From an uncultured Pseudomonadota bacterium (lineage in GTDB: Bacteria > Myxococcota_A > Polyangia > Fen-1088), in assembly GCA_963847705.1 (NCBI GenBank), contig CAWKBC010000010.1, positions 133,890 through 197,889 on the forward strand: 64,000 bases of DNA, given 5' to 3'. Every line of letters starts with the position of its first letter. Within the stretch, counting starts at the first letter, position 1. Shown one piece after another: positions 38,326 to 47,615 of the stretch. The notes below the pieces were generated by a model. It was not told the origin of the DNA. It made no database searches and saw only the letters and a list, made by a program, of their open reading frames with translations. The translations under genes and the position numbers were made by a program.

Positions 38326-38411
38326 TGGTGCCGGAGACGAGACTTGAACTCGTAAGCCCGTGAAGGCGGCGGATTTTGAGTCCGCTGCGTATACCATTTC
38401 GCCACTCCGGC
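38326..38411 (-). tRNA. tRNA-Leu(CAA)
   Basis: 86 nt: acceptor GCCGGAG/CTCCGGC, anticodon arm GCGGA-CTCAAAA-TCCGC, long variable arm, T-loop TTCAAGT, encoded ACCA. Confidence 0.97.
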
Positions 38412-38470
38412 GGCGTTCGCGGAAGATACCAGATCGAGCCCAGATCGACATCAGATCAGCGGTCACAGCA

Positions 38471-39160
38471 TCACGGGCCGAGATCGCCGCGCTGGTAACG
38501 GGCCAGAGCATCGATGCTTCCGGTGGGCTGGGTGAAGATGACGGCCTCGCCGATGACGGCGCCCGAGGCGCCGGTGATCGTCGCCGACAGCCAGTGGTGA
38601 TAGCCGAGGCCCAGGAAGAGAAAGGCGCCGCCGTTGATGGCCAGGTTCGCGGCGTGGGCCCACCAGCCGGAGAGCAGGTGCTCATTGTGCGCGTCGTTCA
38701 GCAGGCGCCGCTCGGCGTCGCCGAGCATCTCGCAGACCTGGGCGTCGGTGCTGGGTGGAGCGTCGCGCAGCCTGGCGTGCAGCTCGCGGCCGTCGTGGAT
38801 CACGTCGGGTGGCGCCAGCAAGAACGGGAGCACACCGAGGCCCGCGAGCACGGCGCCCGTGTAGTAGTCGACGCGATCCTCGGGCTCCACGAACGGCACC
38901 GGGATCAAGCTGCCGACACCGCTGGCGCCGATCCCGATCGCCCAGCCGTAGTTCCAGTAGCTCATGCGGTGGGCTTCGTGCGACAGCCGCTCGTCGATCC
39001 ATTCGAGGCGCGCGCGCCCGTCGGTCGCGGCCAGCGCCGGCGCTGCGCCCTCCGGCGCTCGACAATGGATCTGAGCGCGTGCCACCGACGGGGCCAGCAG
39101 CGAAAACGACACCAGAGCGAGGCCAAATCTCAGGAATCGACCTCTTGTGCACGCGCGCAT
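38471..39160 (-). CDS. hypothetical membrane protein with signal peptide
   Basis: Signal-like LALVSFSLLAPSVARA, about four hydrophobic segments; start uncertain. Confidence 0.65.
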   Translation of the reverse strand: MRACTRGRFLRFGLALVSFSLLAPSVARAQIHCRAPEGAAPALAATDGRARLEWIDERLSHEAHRMSYWNYGWAIGIGASGVGSLIPVPFVEPEDRVDYYTGAVLAGLGVLPFLLAPPDVIHDGRELHARLRDAPPSTDAQVCEMLGDAERRLLNDAHNEHLLSGWWAHAANLAINGGAFLFLGLGYHHWLSATITGASGAVIGEAVIFTQPTGSIDALARYQRGDLGP

Positions 39161-39178
39161 GCGATTCACGTTTCCACT

Positions 39179-39688
39179 ATGCCAACCAAGAGCACAGTTA
39201 AGAAGGCGAAGCGCGACCTCGCTGCGGGAAAACGCCCCTCGACGGCAGCGGGCGAGTTCGTGCGCGAGGAGATCGACCACGTCCGCAAGGGTAAGCACGG
39301 CGCGCGCTCGCCGAAGCAGGCGATCGCGATCGGGCTCTCCGAGGCGCGGCGCGCGGGGGTGCCGCTCAAGCCGCCGGCGCGGGGACGTGCTTCGGCGCGC
39401 ACGCGGCGCGAGGCGACGCTCGCCTACGAGACCGGACAGGGGCGCCGGAAACCGCGCGCACCCTCGGCCAAACGGAAACGCTCGAGCACCCGGGCGCTCG
39501 AGCGCGAAAGAACGACGACCGTGTCACGCCGCGCGCTGGCCGCCCAGAACCGCAGCGCCAAGGCACGCCGGAATCGCGCCTCCCGCGCCAGCGCCAGGAA
39601 GCGCGCGGCAGGGATGAAGGGGATGCATCGGCGTTCGGCCTCCTCCAAGCGCAGGTCGTCGACCCCGCGCAAGGGCAGCCGCCGCTAG
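39179..39688 (+). CDS. basic putative DNA-binding protein (DUF6496-like) with Arg/Lys-rich tail
   Basis: STAAGEFVREEIDHVRKGKHGARSPKQAIAIGLSEARRAGV. Confidence 0.8.
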   Translation: MPTKSTVKKAKRDLAAGKRPSTAAGEFVREEIDHVRKGKHGARSPKQAIAIGLSEARRAGVPLKPPARGRASARTRREATLAYETGQGRRKPRAPSAKRKRSSTRALERERTTTVSRRALAAQNRSAKARRNRASRASARKRAAGMKGMHRRSASSKRRSSTPRKGSRR

Positions 39689-39723
39689 ACAGCGCCGCCG
39701 CGACGCGAGCGACTCGCCGCGTG

Positions 39724-39963
39724 GGCGGAGCCGGACTCCGTCCGGCGGAGCCCGTCGCGGGAGGGGGCGGGAACCCTCTCAGGGTTCCCGCGGTTGAACG
39801 ATGGCGCAGCCGGACTCTGTCCGGCGGAGCCCGTCGCGGGAGGGGGCGGGAACCCTCTCAGGGTTCCTGCGGTTGAACGATGGCGCAGCCGGACTCCGTC
39901 CGGCGGAGCCCGTCGCGGGAGGGGGCGGGAACCCTCTCAGGGTTCCCGCGGTTGAACGATGGC
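39724..39963. repeat. three tandem 79-bp double-hairpin (REP-like) units
   Basis: GCCGGACTC recurs at 39730, 39809 and 39888; each unit has GCCGGAC-tcc-GTCCGGC and GCGGGAACCCT-ctc-AGGGTTCCCGC. Confidence 0.95.
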
Positions 39964-40257
39964 CAGGGCCGACTCGAGCTCGCCGCGCGCGTGGGCGTCG
40001 CCCTTGCGGACGCTGGCTTCGATGCCGCGCGTGAAGGTCTCGCGCGCGGCCGCCCGATCGCCGAGCGCGAGGTGCGTGTTGCCTGCGTGCAGGTAGGCGG
40101 CGACGTAGTCGGCGTGCTCGCGCATGAGCACCGCGAACTCTTGGCGCGCCTCCTCGAACCGATTGCCGTTCTTGTACTCCAGCGCCAGCGCGTAGCGCGG
40201 GAACGGATCGTTCGGGTGGGTGGCGATGAACGCCCGCAAGGCCTCCGCGCGCGACAA
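39937..40257 (-). CDS. small tetratricopeptide-repeat protein
   Basis: PNDPFPRYALALEY...DYVAAYLHAG...GDAHARGEL; TTG start just downstream of panD. Confidence 0.82.
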   Translation of the reverse strand: MSRAEALRAFIATHPNDPFPRYALALEYKNGNRFEEARQEFAVLMREHADYVAAYLHAGNTHLALGDRAAARETFTRGIEASVRKGDAHARGELESALAIVQPREP

Positions 40258-40264
40258 GGTTGGC

Positions 40265-40663
40265 CTAGACCGGCCGCAACCGCCGCTGCGGCCCCGGAAT
40301 CTCGCCGGCGATCGGCACGATGCGGTTCTGCGCGTCGACGTGGACGACGGTTGGTGTCCAGGCGCGCGCCTCGTCCTCGCTCTGCACCTCGGCGAAGGTG
40401 GCGATGATGACGACGTCACCCGGGTGGGCCAGGTGGGCGGCCGCGCCATTGACGCAGATCGTGCCCGAGCCTTCCGGCCCCTCGAGCGCGTAGGTCTCCA
40501 GCCGGGCGCCGTTGGTGCGGTTCCAGATGTGGACCTTCTCATAGGGGAGAATGTCCGCCGCACGCATCAGCGTGGCGTCAATCGTCACCGAGCCCTCGTA
40601 GTCGAGGTCCGCCTGGGTGACGGTCGCGCGATGAATCTTCGATTTGAAGAGGGTCCTACGCAT
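40265..40663 (-). CDS. panD: aspartate 1-decarboxylase
   Basis: [18 protein letters not shown]|SVTID self-cleavage site, [15 protein letters not shown]. Confidence 0.96.
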   Translation of the reverse strand: MRRTLFKSKIHRATVTQADLDYEGSVTIDATLMRAADILPYEKVHIWNRTNGARLETYALEGPEGSGTICVNGAAAHLAHPGDVVIIATFAEVQSEDEARAWTPTVVHVDAQNRIVPIAGEIPGPQRRLRPV

Positions 40664-40839
40664 TTGCAACCTCCGTCCAGGCCACATCGGGTCCCGGCGT
40701 CGATTCACAGCAAGAATACGAAGCGCCGGTAGACAAGTCAAAGCGGCAACCCAGTCCGGGCCCAAGTCGACCAGAGGTCCTGTCGAACGGCAAGTCGGAG
40801 GTTGACGGTCGAGACCGGATCCCGCACGCTGACCGAAGC

Positions 40840-41691
40840 GTGAAACCGCGCAGCTTCGTCCACGTGCTCGGGATTGACCTCGGCGGCGGCAAGGGGAAGA
40901 AGACAGCTCTCGCCACCTTGCGGGTCGACGGCGAGGCCGCGACCGTGGTCGACATCGCCCCGCGCAACGGTGCGTTGCCGTTCTACGACACCGCGCTCAT
41001 CGACACGATCCGCCAGTACGGGGACGAGACCCTGCTCTGCGTCGACGCGCCGCTGACCTTGCCCCCCTGCTTGCGCTGCACGGTCTCGCTCTGCCCCGGG
41101 CAGAACGCCTGCGTCGACCCGTCGGTGCTCGAGATGCGCGCGCTGGCCGACGAGGGGGCCGGGGAGAGCGATCGCGACGCCCGCCGCGGCAAGCCGCCCA
41201 TCACGCCTTACACCCAGCGCGCGACGGAGGTGCATCTCACGGGTCGCCTGGGGATCGTGGCGCGGGAAGGGCTCGGCCAGGGGACTGGACCGCTCGCGGC
41301 TCGCGCCGCACACCTCTCGCGTGCGCTCGCCGATCGCTTTCGGCTCAACGAGAACCTCATCGAGGCCTATCCCAAGGCGACGCTGGCCGTGCTCGGGCTC
41401 GGGACGCGGTTCAAGAAGACGCTGCGCGAGCGTGAAACCCGCGCGCGCATCCTGGAGGCGCTGGCCGGGGAGCTGCGCTTCGGCCCTGGCGTCTGGCGGG
41501 AGCTCTGCATCCAGAGCGACCACCTGTTCGAGGCCGTGATCTGCGCCTACACCGGATTTCTCTGGGCGCGCGACAGCTGGGCACTCCCGCCGTCCGCCCA
41601 GCCGCGCCCGGACGACGCCCGCCTGCGCGACGGCTGGATCTGGACCCCGCCCCCGCGCGCAAACGAAAAAAAATCAGCCGCCGAAGGCTGA
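40840..41691 (+). CDS. DUF429-like RNase H-fold predicted nuclease
   Basis: [37 protein letters not shown]. Confidence 0.8.
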   Translation: MKPRSFVHVLGIDLGGGKGKKTALATLRVDGEAATVVDIAPRNGALPFYDTALIDTIRQYGDETLLCVDAPLTLPPCLRCTVSLCPGQNACVDPSVLEMRALADEGAGESDRDARRGKPPITPYTQRATEVHLTGRLGIVAREGLGQGTGPLAARAAHLSRALADRFRLNENLIEAYPKATLAVLGLGTRFKKTLRERETRARILEALAGELRFGPGVWRELCIQSDHLFEAVICAYTGFLWARDSWALPPSAQPRPDDARLRDGWIWTPPPRANEKKSAAEG

Positions 41692-41692
41692 G

Positions 41693-42406
41693 CTACCTGG
41701 CGCCGACCGCCGGACCGACGTCGTCGTCATCGTCGAAGGCGGAGGAGGATGCGTCGTCGTCGAGGCTGGGCCGGCGGCGCGCCAGCGAGGAGCCGAGCAG
41801 GGAGCTCGGTCCGCGATCGCGCAGGAACTCGAGGAAGGCCAGCGCCGGCGGCAGCTCGGCGGCCGGAATCTCGTCGAGCAGCTCACGCGCCTGGCGCCGC
41901 AGGATCTCCCCCGGCGCCTCGCTGGTGGTGGCGGTGCGCGGCAGCTCCGCCGGCTCCTCCGGCTGGGCCACGTGGCCCCACGGCGGGACGTTGGCGACGT
42001 CGATCTTCATGTGATCGAGCCAGGTCTGGATGTGGAAGTGCAGCAGCTCGGACCGGTAGGCGAACCAGCGCTCGCGCTCCGCGGGGAACGCCAGCAGCAC
42101 GTCCTTGAACCGCCGGAAGGCCCCCTTGCCGTCGATCGAGATGAGCAGCCGCTCGTGCAGGGCCGGGTCGGAGACCGACGTCACGAACCGCTCCATCCAG
42201 CGGTACTGCTCGCGCGATGAGGCAGGATCGACCCTCAGGTAGCGCTCGGGGTTCCCGGAGACCCGGGCCCGGCGGGCGGCCGCGTCGGGCTCACCCTCGA
42301 CGATCGAGAGAAGGTCGCCATTCTCCAGATCGAGGAAGCTCTCCTGATCCGGAGAATTTCGCTCGAAAGCGATCTCCAGATCACTCCAATTCACAGTAAT
42401 CGGCAT
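41693..42406 (-). CDS. UPF0158 family protein
   Basis: [32 protein letters not shown]...ERWFAY. Confidence 0.85.
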   Translation of the reverse strand: MPITVNWSDLEIAFERNSPDQESFLDLENGDLLSIVEGEPDAAARRARVSGNPERYLRVDPASSREQYRWMERFVTSVSDPALHERLLISIDGKGAFRRFKDVLLAFPAERERWFAYRSELLHFHIQTWLDHMKIDVANVPPWGHVAQPEEPAELPRTATTSEAPGEILRRQARELLDEIPAAELPPALAFLEFLRDRGPSSLLGSSLARRRPSLDDDASSSAFDDDDDVGPAVGAR

Positions 42407-42591
42407 CGGTCGGCACTTTCTCCGCACCCCTCCTCCCCAGAAGGAAGCACGGCATAAATATGGGGAAAGTCTACGAGTCTGCTCCGAGCCTTGCAACCCA
42501 GCCGTACGTTCTCATCGACGAAAATGACCCCGTCCGGACACGCGCGGCGGGTACCCACCGGGCACCCACCACGTCCGGAAACGAGCGCGCT

Positions 42592-42621
42592 TTGACTTCC
42601 GGCGGGGTCGCAGACTAGACT
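42592..42621 (+). promoter_or_regulatory. putative sigma70 promoter of rpoZ
   Basis: TTGACT-18 nt-TAGACT; GGAGG RBS before TTG 42658. Confidence 0.55.
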
Positions 42622-42657
42622 GCCCGCCGTCAAAAAATCTCAGTTCTGGAGGTCGTC

Positions 42658-42921
42658 TTGGCTCGCGTCACCGTCGAAGATTGTCTGGAGAGGGTCAACA
42701 ACCGTTTCGCCCTGGTCGTGCTCGCGGCCGAGCGCGCGCGTCAGCTCGCCAACGGGGGGCGGCCGCTGGTCGCCTGCCACAACAAGCCAGCCGTCACCGC
42801 GCTGCGTGAGATCGCGGACTCCCGCGTCCGCTTCAACGAGTCGGTCGAGGGGACCGTCCGTCACTTCATCGACGAAGTGAAGGCCCGCGGCCTCCGCAAC
42901 GAGCGCGTCCGCGGCGGCTAG
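42658..42921 (+). CDS. rpoZ: RNA polymerase omega subunit
   Basis: [28 protein letters not shown]...[11 protein letters not shown]. Confidence 0.96.
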   Translation: MARVTVEDCLERVNNRFALVVLAAERARQLANGGRPLVACHNKPAVTALREIADSRVRFNESVEGTVRHFIDEVKARGLRNERVRGG

Positions 42922-42971
42922 GAGCGGCTACGAGGGCGTTTCCGCCCGAAGGCCAGACGCCCGAAGGGGCG

Positions 42972-44228
42972 CTAGGTCCGCGCGGCGATCGCGACTTTGA
43001 GGTAGTTGCCCTCGGGAAAACCGGGGGCGACCGGGAAATCGGGCGGCAGCCCCACGCGCTCGATGATGCGCAGCTCCGCGCCCGCCGCGGCGCCCCCTTC
43101 GGCGAGCGCCCGATCGACCTCGGCCGAGGAGACCTTGGTCGAGTTGGTGGCGAACACCAGCAGGCCGCCGGGTGCCAGCACCAGGGCACACCCCGCGGCG
43201 AGGCGCGCCAGATCGCGCGAGACCTGGAACTGCCCCGCCGGCCCCTGCGAGAAGGTGGGCGGGTCGCAGACGACGACGTCGAACAGGCGCTTGCGGTCGG
43301 CGAACCTGTCCAGCGTCTTCACCACGTCGTTGGCGATCGCCTCGAGCTTGGCCGGATCCAGCCCCGACAGCTCGTAGTTGCGGCGGGCGCGCGCATGCGC
43401 CTTGGCGGCCAGATCGACGGCCACCACCTCGGAGGCGCCCGCCTTGGCGGCATGGACGGAGAAGGCGCCCGTGTACGAGAACAGATTCAGGAGGCGCCGC
43501 CCGGCCGCGCGCGCGGCGACCGCCGCCCAGCCGAGCCGCATGTCGAGGAACAGCCCGACGCCAAGAGGCGCGGTGACGTCGACGCCGAACCGGCAAGCGC
43601 CGTCGCCGACGACCAGCTCGACCGGCGCCTCCTCGCCGCGCACCCGGGTCGCCGGCTCGGGGGGCGCCGAGCCGCCCAGCGGACGCAGCCGGCGCTGTTC
43701 ATAGATTCCCCGCGGCGCCAGCGCCGATTCGATCGCGCCGTAGAGCTCGTCGCGCCACCCGAGCGCGCCCGACGACAGCCACTGGACGACCACGAAGTCG
43801 CCGTAACGATCGACCGCCACCCCGGGCAGCCCTTCGTTCTCTCCCGAGAAGACGCGCAGCGCCTCGGGGAGCGTGCCGGCGTTGAGCTGCCGCCGCAGCT
43901 CGACCGCACGGGCGAACCGGGCGGCGATCGCCCCCTTGCCCGGGGCGACCTTTTCGTCCTGATCGCGGCTCAGCACCCGCACGGCGATGGCGTGGTCGCG
44001 GTCGACGTAGCCGCGCCCGACGAACTCCCGGTTTCCGGCGATGAGGTCGACGACCGCCCCGGTCTCCTCGGCGATGCCGCGGGGCCCCAAAGCCTCACGG
44101 TAGACCCAGGGATGACCTGTGTGCACCCGCGTCGCGACGTCGGCCGGGACCCGATATTGCCCCACACGCATCCGCACGCCTGGGCTGACCTGAGGCGGGC
44201 GCTGCGGCGGGCGGTTCGTCTTCCTCAC
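42972..44228 (-). CDS. RlmI/RlmK-family SAM-dependent rRNA methyltransferase
   Basis: PUA GHPWVY, GLPGVAVDRYG, GLFLDMR, LNLFSYTGAFS, DPPTFS, PEGNYLK. Confidence 0.9.
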   Translation of the reverse strand: MRKTNRPPQRPPQVSPGVRMRVGQYRVPADVATRVHTGHPWVYREALGPRGIAEETGAVVDLIAGNREFVGRGYVDRDHAIAVRVLSRDQDEKVAPGKGAIAARFARAVELRRQLNAGTLPEALRVFSGENEGLPGVAVDRYGDFVVVQWLSSGALGWRDELYGAIESALAPRGIYEQRRLRPLGGSAPPEPATRVRGEEAPVELVVGDGACRFGVDVTAPLGVGLFLDMRLGWAAVAARAAGRRLLNLFSYTGAFSVHAAKAGASEVVAVDLAAKAHARARRNYELSGLDPAKLEAIANDVVKTLDRFADRKRLFDVVVCDPPTFSQGPAGQFQVSRDLARLAAGCALVLAPGGLLVFATNSTKVSSAEVDRALAEGGAAAGAELRIIERVGLPPDFPVAPGFPEGNYLKVAIAART

Positions 44229-44339
44229 GGCGCGGCACTTATAGAGACCACGGCTTCCCCTGTCAAAGGCTTCAGTGTAGGCTTGACCGCTGATTTCCGG
44301 AGCAAACCCGGGAACGCTGCTGGAAAGGATTCATTCGGC

Positions 44340-45815
44340 ATGACCTCGAAGCCCCCCTACGAAATGGCGGCCAGCGGACAGTCTGACAGTGCAGACACCG
44401 ATCTGGAGGACCTGTCTGACCAGATCACGGTCGATCCTTCCCACGACGTCACGGTGGAGGCTTCCGAGGAGGCGACCCTGGAGATCGCCGAAGAGGAGAG
44501 TGACGAGAGCGCCTATCCTCTCACACCACCGCCGATGTCGTCGGCGACGCCCCCACCTTCGCGGCGGGCGCCGACCCTCATGGGGCTGCCGCTTCCGTCG
44601 CTCCCGCTGCCGGGCGTGACCGCCGCGGCGACGACGAGCACGGACGACGACATCACCGTCCTGGCGCGGCCGTCGGTCACCGACGACGAAGAAGAGGCCA
44701 CCAAGGTCGAGCCGGCCGAGACCGCGTTGCACGCGAAGGCGAGCAAGGACGACGACGAGGTCACCACCGCCCTGTCGGCCCAGGCCAGCGTCGAGCGGGA
44801 GCGCGCGCTGCGCAAGTCGCTGCCGCCGTCGCTCGATCTGCCGCTGCCGCATGCGTACGGCGGCGACTCCGAGTTCGAGGACCCCGAGGACTCCGACGGG
44901 ATCGGCCTGGCCCATGACACGCCGGGGATCTCCGTCGACGACGACGTGATCTCCACCGGCGGCTTCTCCGCGAGCGAGGACGAGCCGTCGTCCGAGCTCG
45001 AGGCCGTTCTGGCGCCGCGCCGTCCGACCGCCCCGCTGAGCTCGCTGGGCGGCTCGCTCGGCTCGCTCGGCTCACCGTTCGGTGGCTCGCCGGCGCTGGC
45101 ACGCTCCGACGGCTTTGGCGCCGTGCGGCTCCCGACGCCGAGCCCCGGCTTCGGCGGCCTCTCGCTGCCGAGCCCCGGACAGGCCCCTGCCCCGTCGAGC
45201 TCCCCGTTCTCGGCGCGCCTCGCGCCGGTGGGCTCGCCCTACGGCGCGCGCGCGACCACCACGGGACCGATACCGGCGCTGCAGATCCCGGCCCCCTCCG
45301 GCGTCGCTGCGACCACCGCCGGCACCAGCTCCGGCTTCTTCCGGAGCGCGCCGATGCCGGTCGCGGCGGTGGGTGCTTTCGTGGTCGCCGCTTTCATCTT
45401 CGGAATGGTGTTCGGCGCGAAGGTCTTCGGAGGCCGCGTGGCGGCCACCGTGGCAGCGACGCAGCCGGCGCCGGCAGCCGCACCGGTCGTCGTTCAGCCG
45501 GTCGCGCAGCCAGCCGCGCCCACGCCCGCCGCCCCCTCTCCCGCCACGGCCGCGGCGACGCCGCCGCCCACGCCCGTCGCTGCCGCGCCGACGCCGCCGC
45601 CCGCAGCTGCCGCGCCGATCGCCGAAGAGGCGGCGCCCGTCGCCGCCAAGCCCGCGCCGAAGCCGGTGGTCAAGCGCGCCGCCCGGCCTGCGGCGGCGGG
45701 GCACAAGACGACGACCGCGTCGCTCGACGCCCTGCCCGCGCCGAAACCGGCGGCGCCGAAGGCGAAGCCTGCCAAGGGCAAGGCCAAGGCCTGGGTCGAT
45801 CCGTTCGCCGAGTAG
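44340..45815 (+). CDS. hypothetical bitopic membrane protein: acidic disordered N-terminus, Pro/Ala-rich C-terminus
   Basis: Single TM VAAVGAFVVAAFIFGMVFG; ends WVDPFAE. Confidence 0.7.
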   Translation: MTSKPPYEMAASGQSDSADTDLEDLSDQITVDPSHDVTVEASEEATLEIAEEESDESAYPLTPPPMSSATPPPSRRAPTLMGLPLPSLPLPGVTAAATTSTDDDITVLARPSVTDDEEEATKVEPAETALHAKASKDDDEVTTALSAQASVERERALRKSLPPSLDLPLPHAYGGDSEFEDPEDSDGIGLAHDTPGISVDDDVISTGGFSASEDEPSSELEAVLAPRRPTAPLSSLGGSLGSLGSPFGGSPALARSDGFGAVRLPTPSPGFGGLSLPSPGQAPAPSSSPFSARLAPVGSPYGARATTTGPIPALQIPAPSGVAATTAGTSSGFFRSAPMPVAAVGAFVVAAFIFGMVFGAKVFGGRVAATVAATQPAPAAAPVVVQPVAQPAAPTPAAPSPATAAATPPPTPVAAAPTPPPAAAAPIAEEAAPVAAKPAPKPVVKRAARPAAAGHKTTTASLDALPAPKPAAPKAKPAKGKAKAWVDPFAE

Positions 45816-45943
45816 CTCGCTCGCCTCGCTGCCCAACGCGAGGCCGGCACGCTAATCCCGACGTCGTCGCTGGACGATGACCAGCTTCGCCTCGGGCTCG
45901 TCACCGCGGCGGTCGCCCACCTCTGGGCGATCGGCCTAACCTG

Positions 45944-45972
45944 TTGACCTGGAAGGAAAATAAAGACATAAA
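45944..45972 (+). promoter_or_regulatory. putative promoter of the tRNA-Gly locus
   Basis: TTGACC-17 nt A-rich spacer-CATAAA, ending 12 nt before the tRNA 5' end. Confidence 0.45.
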
Positions 45973-45984
45973 GCAGTCACACGC

Positions 45985-46022
45985 GCGGGATTAACTCAGT
46001 TGGTAGAGTGTCAGCTTCCCAA
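45985..46022 (+). pseudogene. 5' half of tRNA-Gly(CCC), truncated at the anticodon loop (attL of island)
   Basis: GCGGGAT-TA-ACTC-AGTTGGTA-GAGT-G-TCAGC-TTCCCAA; the expected GCTGA, T-arm and 3' acceptor strand do not follow. Confidence 0.88.
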
Positions 46023-46049
46023 AGCGAGGAAGCGCCGTCACTGAGCGCT

Positions 46050-46142
46050 ACGGCCCGTTACGAATCAGGCACTTAGACAATCCGAGGCGTGCCTGGACGT
46101 CCTCCTCGTAACGGGCCGTGGGTATGCATTGGGGTATGCATT
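46050..46142. repeat. 14-bp inverted repeat plus tandem 12-bp direct repeat (candidate integrase arm sites)
   Basis: ACGGCCCGTTACGA (46050-46063) / TCGTAACGGGCCGT (46106-46119); TGGGTATGCATT GGGGTATGCATT (46119-46142). Confidence 0.7.
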
Positions 46143-46180
46143 TGCCGCCCGCAAGCTGCCCGATGCAGTCGAGGGTTCTG

Positions 46181-47284
46181 TCAGCCCGCCAGCCGGCGCT
46201 TCACCTCGTCGAGATAGCCGCGACGGCGAGGATGTCGTTTCCGCAGCTCGTCCAGGCGCGCTTCGAATTTTGCCGAGCGCCTGGCCCGCTGGGCCAGGTC
46301 TCGGAGATCGATGGTGAGGCGAACTGCCTCGACGTACTCCTTGAGATCGACGAGCCTGTCGAGGCGGCTCCATGCCTTGTCGCCTTGCCGATCGAGCGCA
46401 TCGAGACGTTTACGGCGGGCTGCTTCGGCTCGCGCCCGCGCTTGCGCGGCGTGACGAGCTTCTTCTTGTTTCTTGGTCTTGCGAAGTTCTGCCGCACGAT
46501 AGAGGAGCTCGGCGACGGTTCGGCCTTTGCTCGGCGTTGCGCCACTCTGGCGCTGAAAGGCGGCGAGGATCTCCGCGTTCGGCGATTCCTGAGGATGGCG
46601 GACGGCTCGAAGTAGCCATCGATCCTTGTCCGGCGTCGGCACGGTCTTCAGCCAGCGGCGCAGCGAAGCCACATCGATGTCGTCCGCGCGCGAGCCTTCA
46701 CCCGCTGCCCGGAGGAGGTCAGGGTCGATGCGCAGGAACTCGACGAAGGCCGAGAGCGGAGCCGATGGCGTCGAGAGGCCGGCCGGCACTGGAGGCTCGC
46801 GAGCCCCGGCGGGTACTTCGCCTGATTGCACCGCCAACAGCCAAGCGAGGTATGCGACGGAAAGGTCGCCTTGGAGCAGAGCCGCGCGCAGCGGCGCGAG
46901 CGCGCCGAGGCGACCGCCCTCGGAGAGGTCGTCCTCTGGTTCTTCGGAGTCGCTGTGTAGATCGAGCACGACGTAGCGGCCGGTCTTCGTGAGCGCGGCT
47001 GCTCCGCCGGGAAAATAGGGACGTAGGGCACCGTAATCCACCTTGGTGGCCGGAAGGCGAAGCATGAAACGGTGCGTACCCCAGTTGGCGAAGTAGAGGT
47101 GGAGGTCGAAGTAGCGGGCGAGGAGCTTGCCGGGATCGGCCTTCAGATCGCCCCAGTCGTATTCGTTCCAGAAGCGCGTCGGCGTGATCTCCGCACGCGT
47201 TGAGATCGACCGGAGCTCGGCCATCGCCTTGCGCGTGAGCGGCTGATCAAGGGCGACGAACTCGTAGCACTGGTACTCGCTCAT
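46181..47284 (-). CDS. conserved hypothetical protein (MSEYQxYEF... family)
   Basis: MSEYQCYEFVALDQPLT...ISTRAEITPTRFWNEYDWGDLK...YFDLHLYFANWGT; GGAG RBS; coiled C-terminus. Confidence 0.8.
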   Translation of the reverse strand: MSEYQCYEFVALDQPLTRKAMAELRSISTRAEITPTRFWNEYDWGDLKADPGKLLARYFDLHLYFANWGTHRFMLRLPATKVDYGALRPYFPGGAAALTKTGRYVVLDLHSDSEEPEDDLSEGGRLGALAPLRAALLQGDLSVAYLAWLLAVQSGEVPAGAREPPVPAGLSTPSAPLSAFVEFLRIDPDLLRAAGEGSRADDIDVASLRRWLKTVPTPDKDRWLLRAVRHPQESPNAEILAAFQRQSGATPSKGRTVAELLYRAAELRKTKKQEEARHAAQARARAEAARRKRLDALDRQGDKAWSRLDRLVDLKEYVEAVRLTIDLRDLAQRARRSAKFEARLDELRKRHPRRRGYLDEVKRRLAG

Positions 47285-47615
47285 CTGGTCTCCGGCCCGA
47301 GCGGCGCGCGTGCCCTGGAGACCAGGACAGACGGAAACGCTCGGCAACGGCATCGTTGTCGATCTCCGAGACGCTGTCTCGGAAATCTCGCGCGGCCGAC
47401 AGCTGAGATAAAAGCGCCGACCGGTCCGGAGCCTGTCCACCGAAACTCAGCGTGCGGAGCGCCATTTTTGGAGTGTACCGCGGGCTCCCGCGCGAGGTCC
47501 CGAGACAGTTGACCGCAATTCCCCGCGGTGCGCCCGCGACCCGACCACAGTCGCGACGGCGCACGACCGTGGTCCCCTTCCCGCAGGCCCCGGCTGATGC
47601 GACGATGCGCTCGCT

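Noticed and set aside
38360-39178. N-terminal extension of ORF 38360..39688
   Set aside because: Runs through the tRNA and an opposite-strand gene; the recognisable protein starts at ATG 39179
39724-39963. 79-bp array as a CRISPR
   Set aside because: Units are contiguous and nearly identical with no unique spacers; no cas genes in the window
45985-46070. Intact or intron-containing tRNA-Gly
   Set aside because: No complementary anticodon stem, T-arm or 3' acceptor follows, and no 3' exon or group I intron core was seen; protein genes follow instead
47285-47615. LexA/SOS box controlling the island genes
   Set aside because: No convincing palindrome or known SOS box seen by eye in this divergent intergenic region
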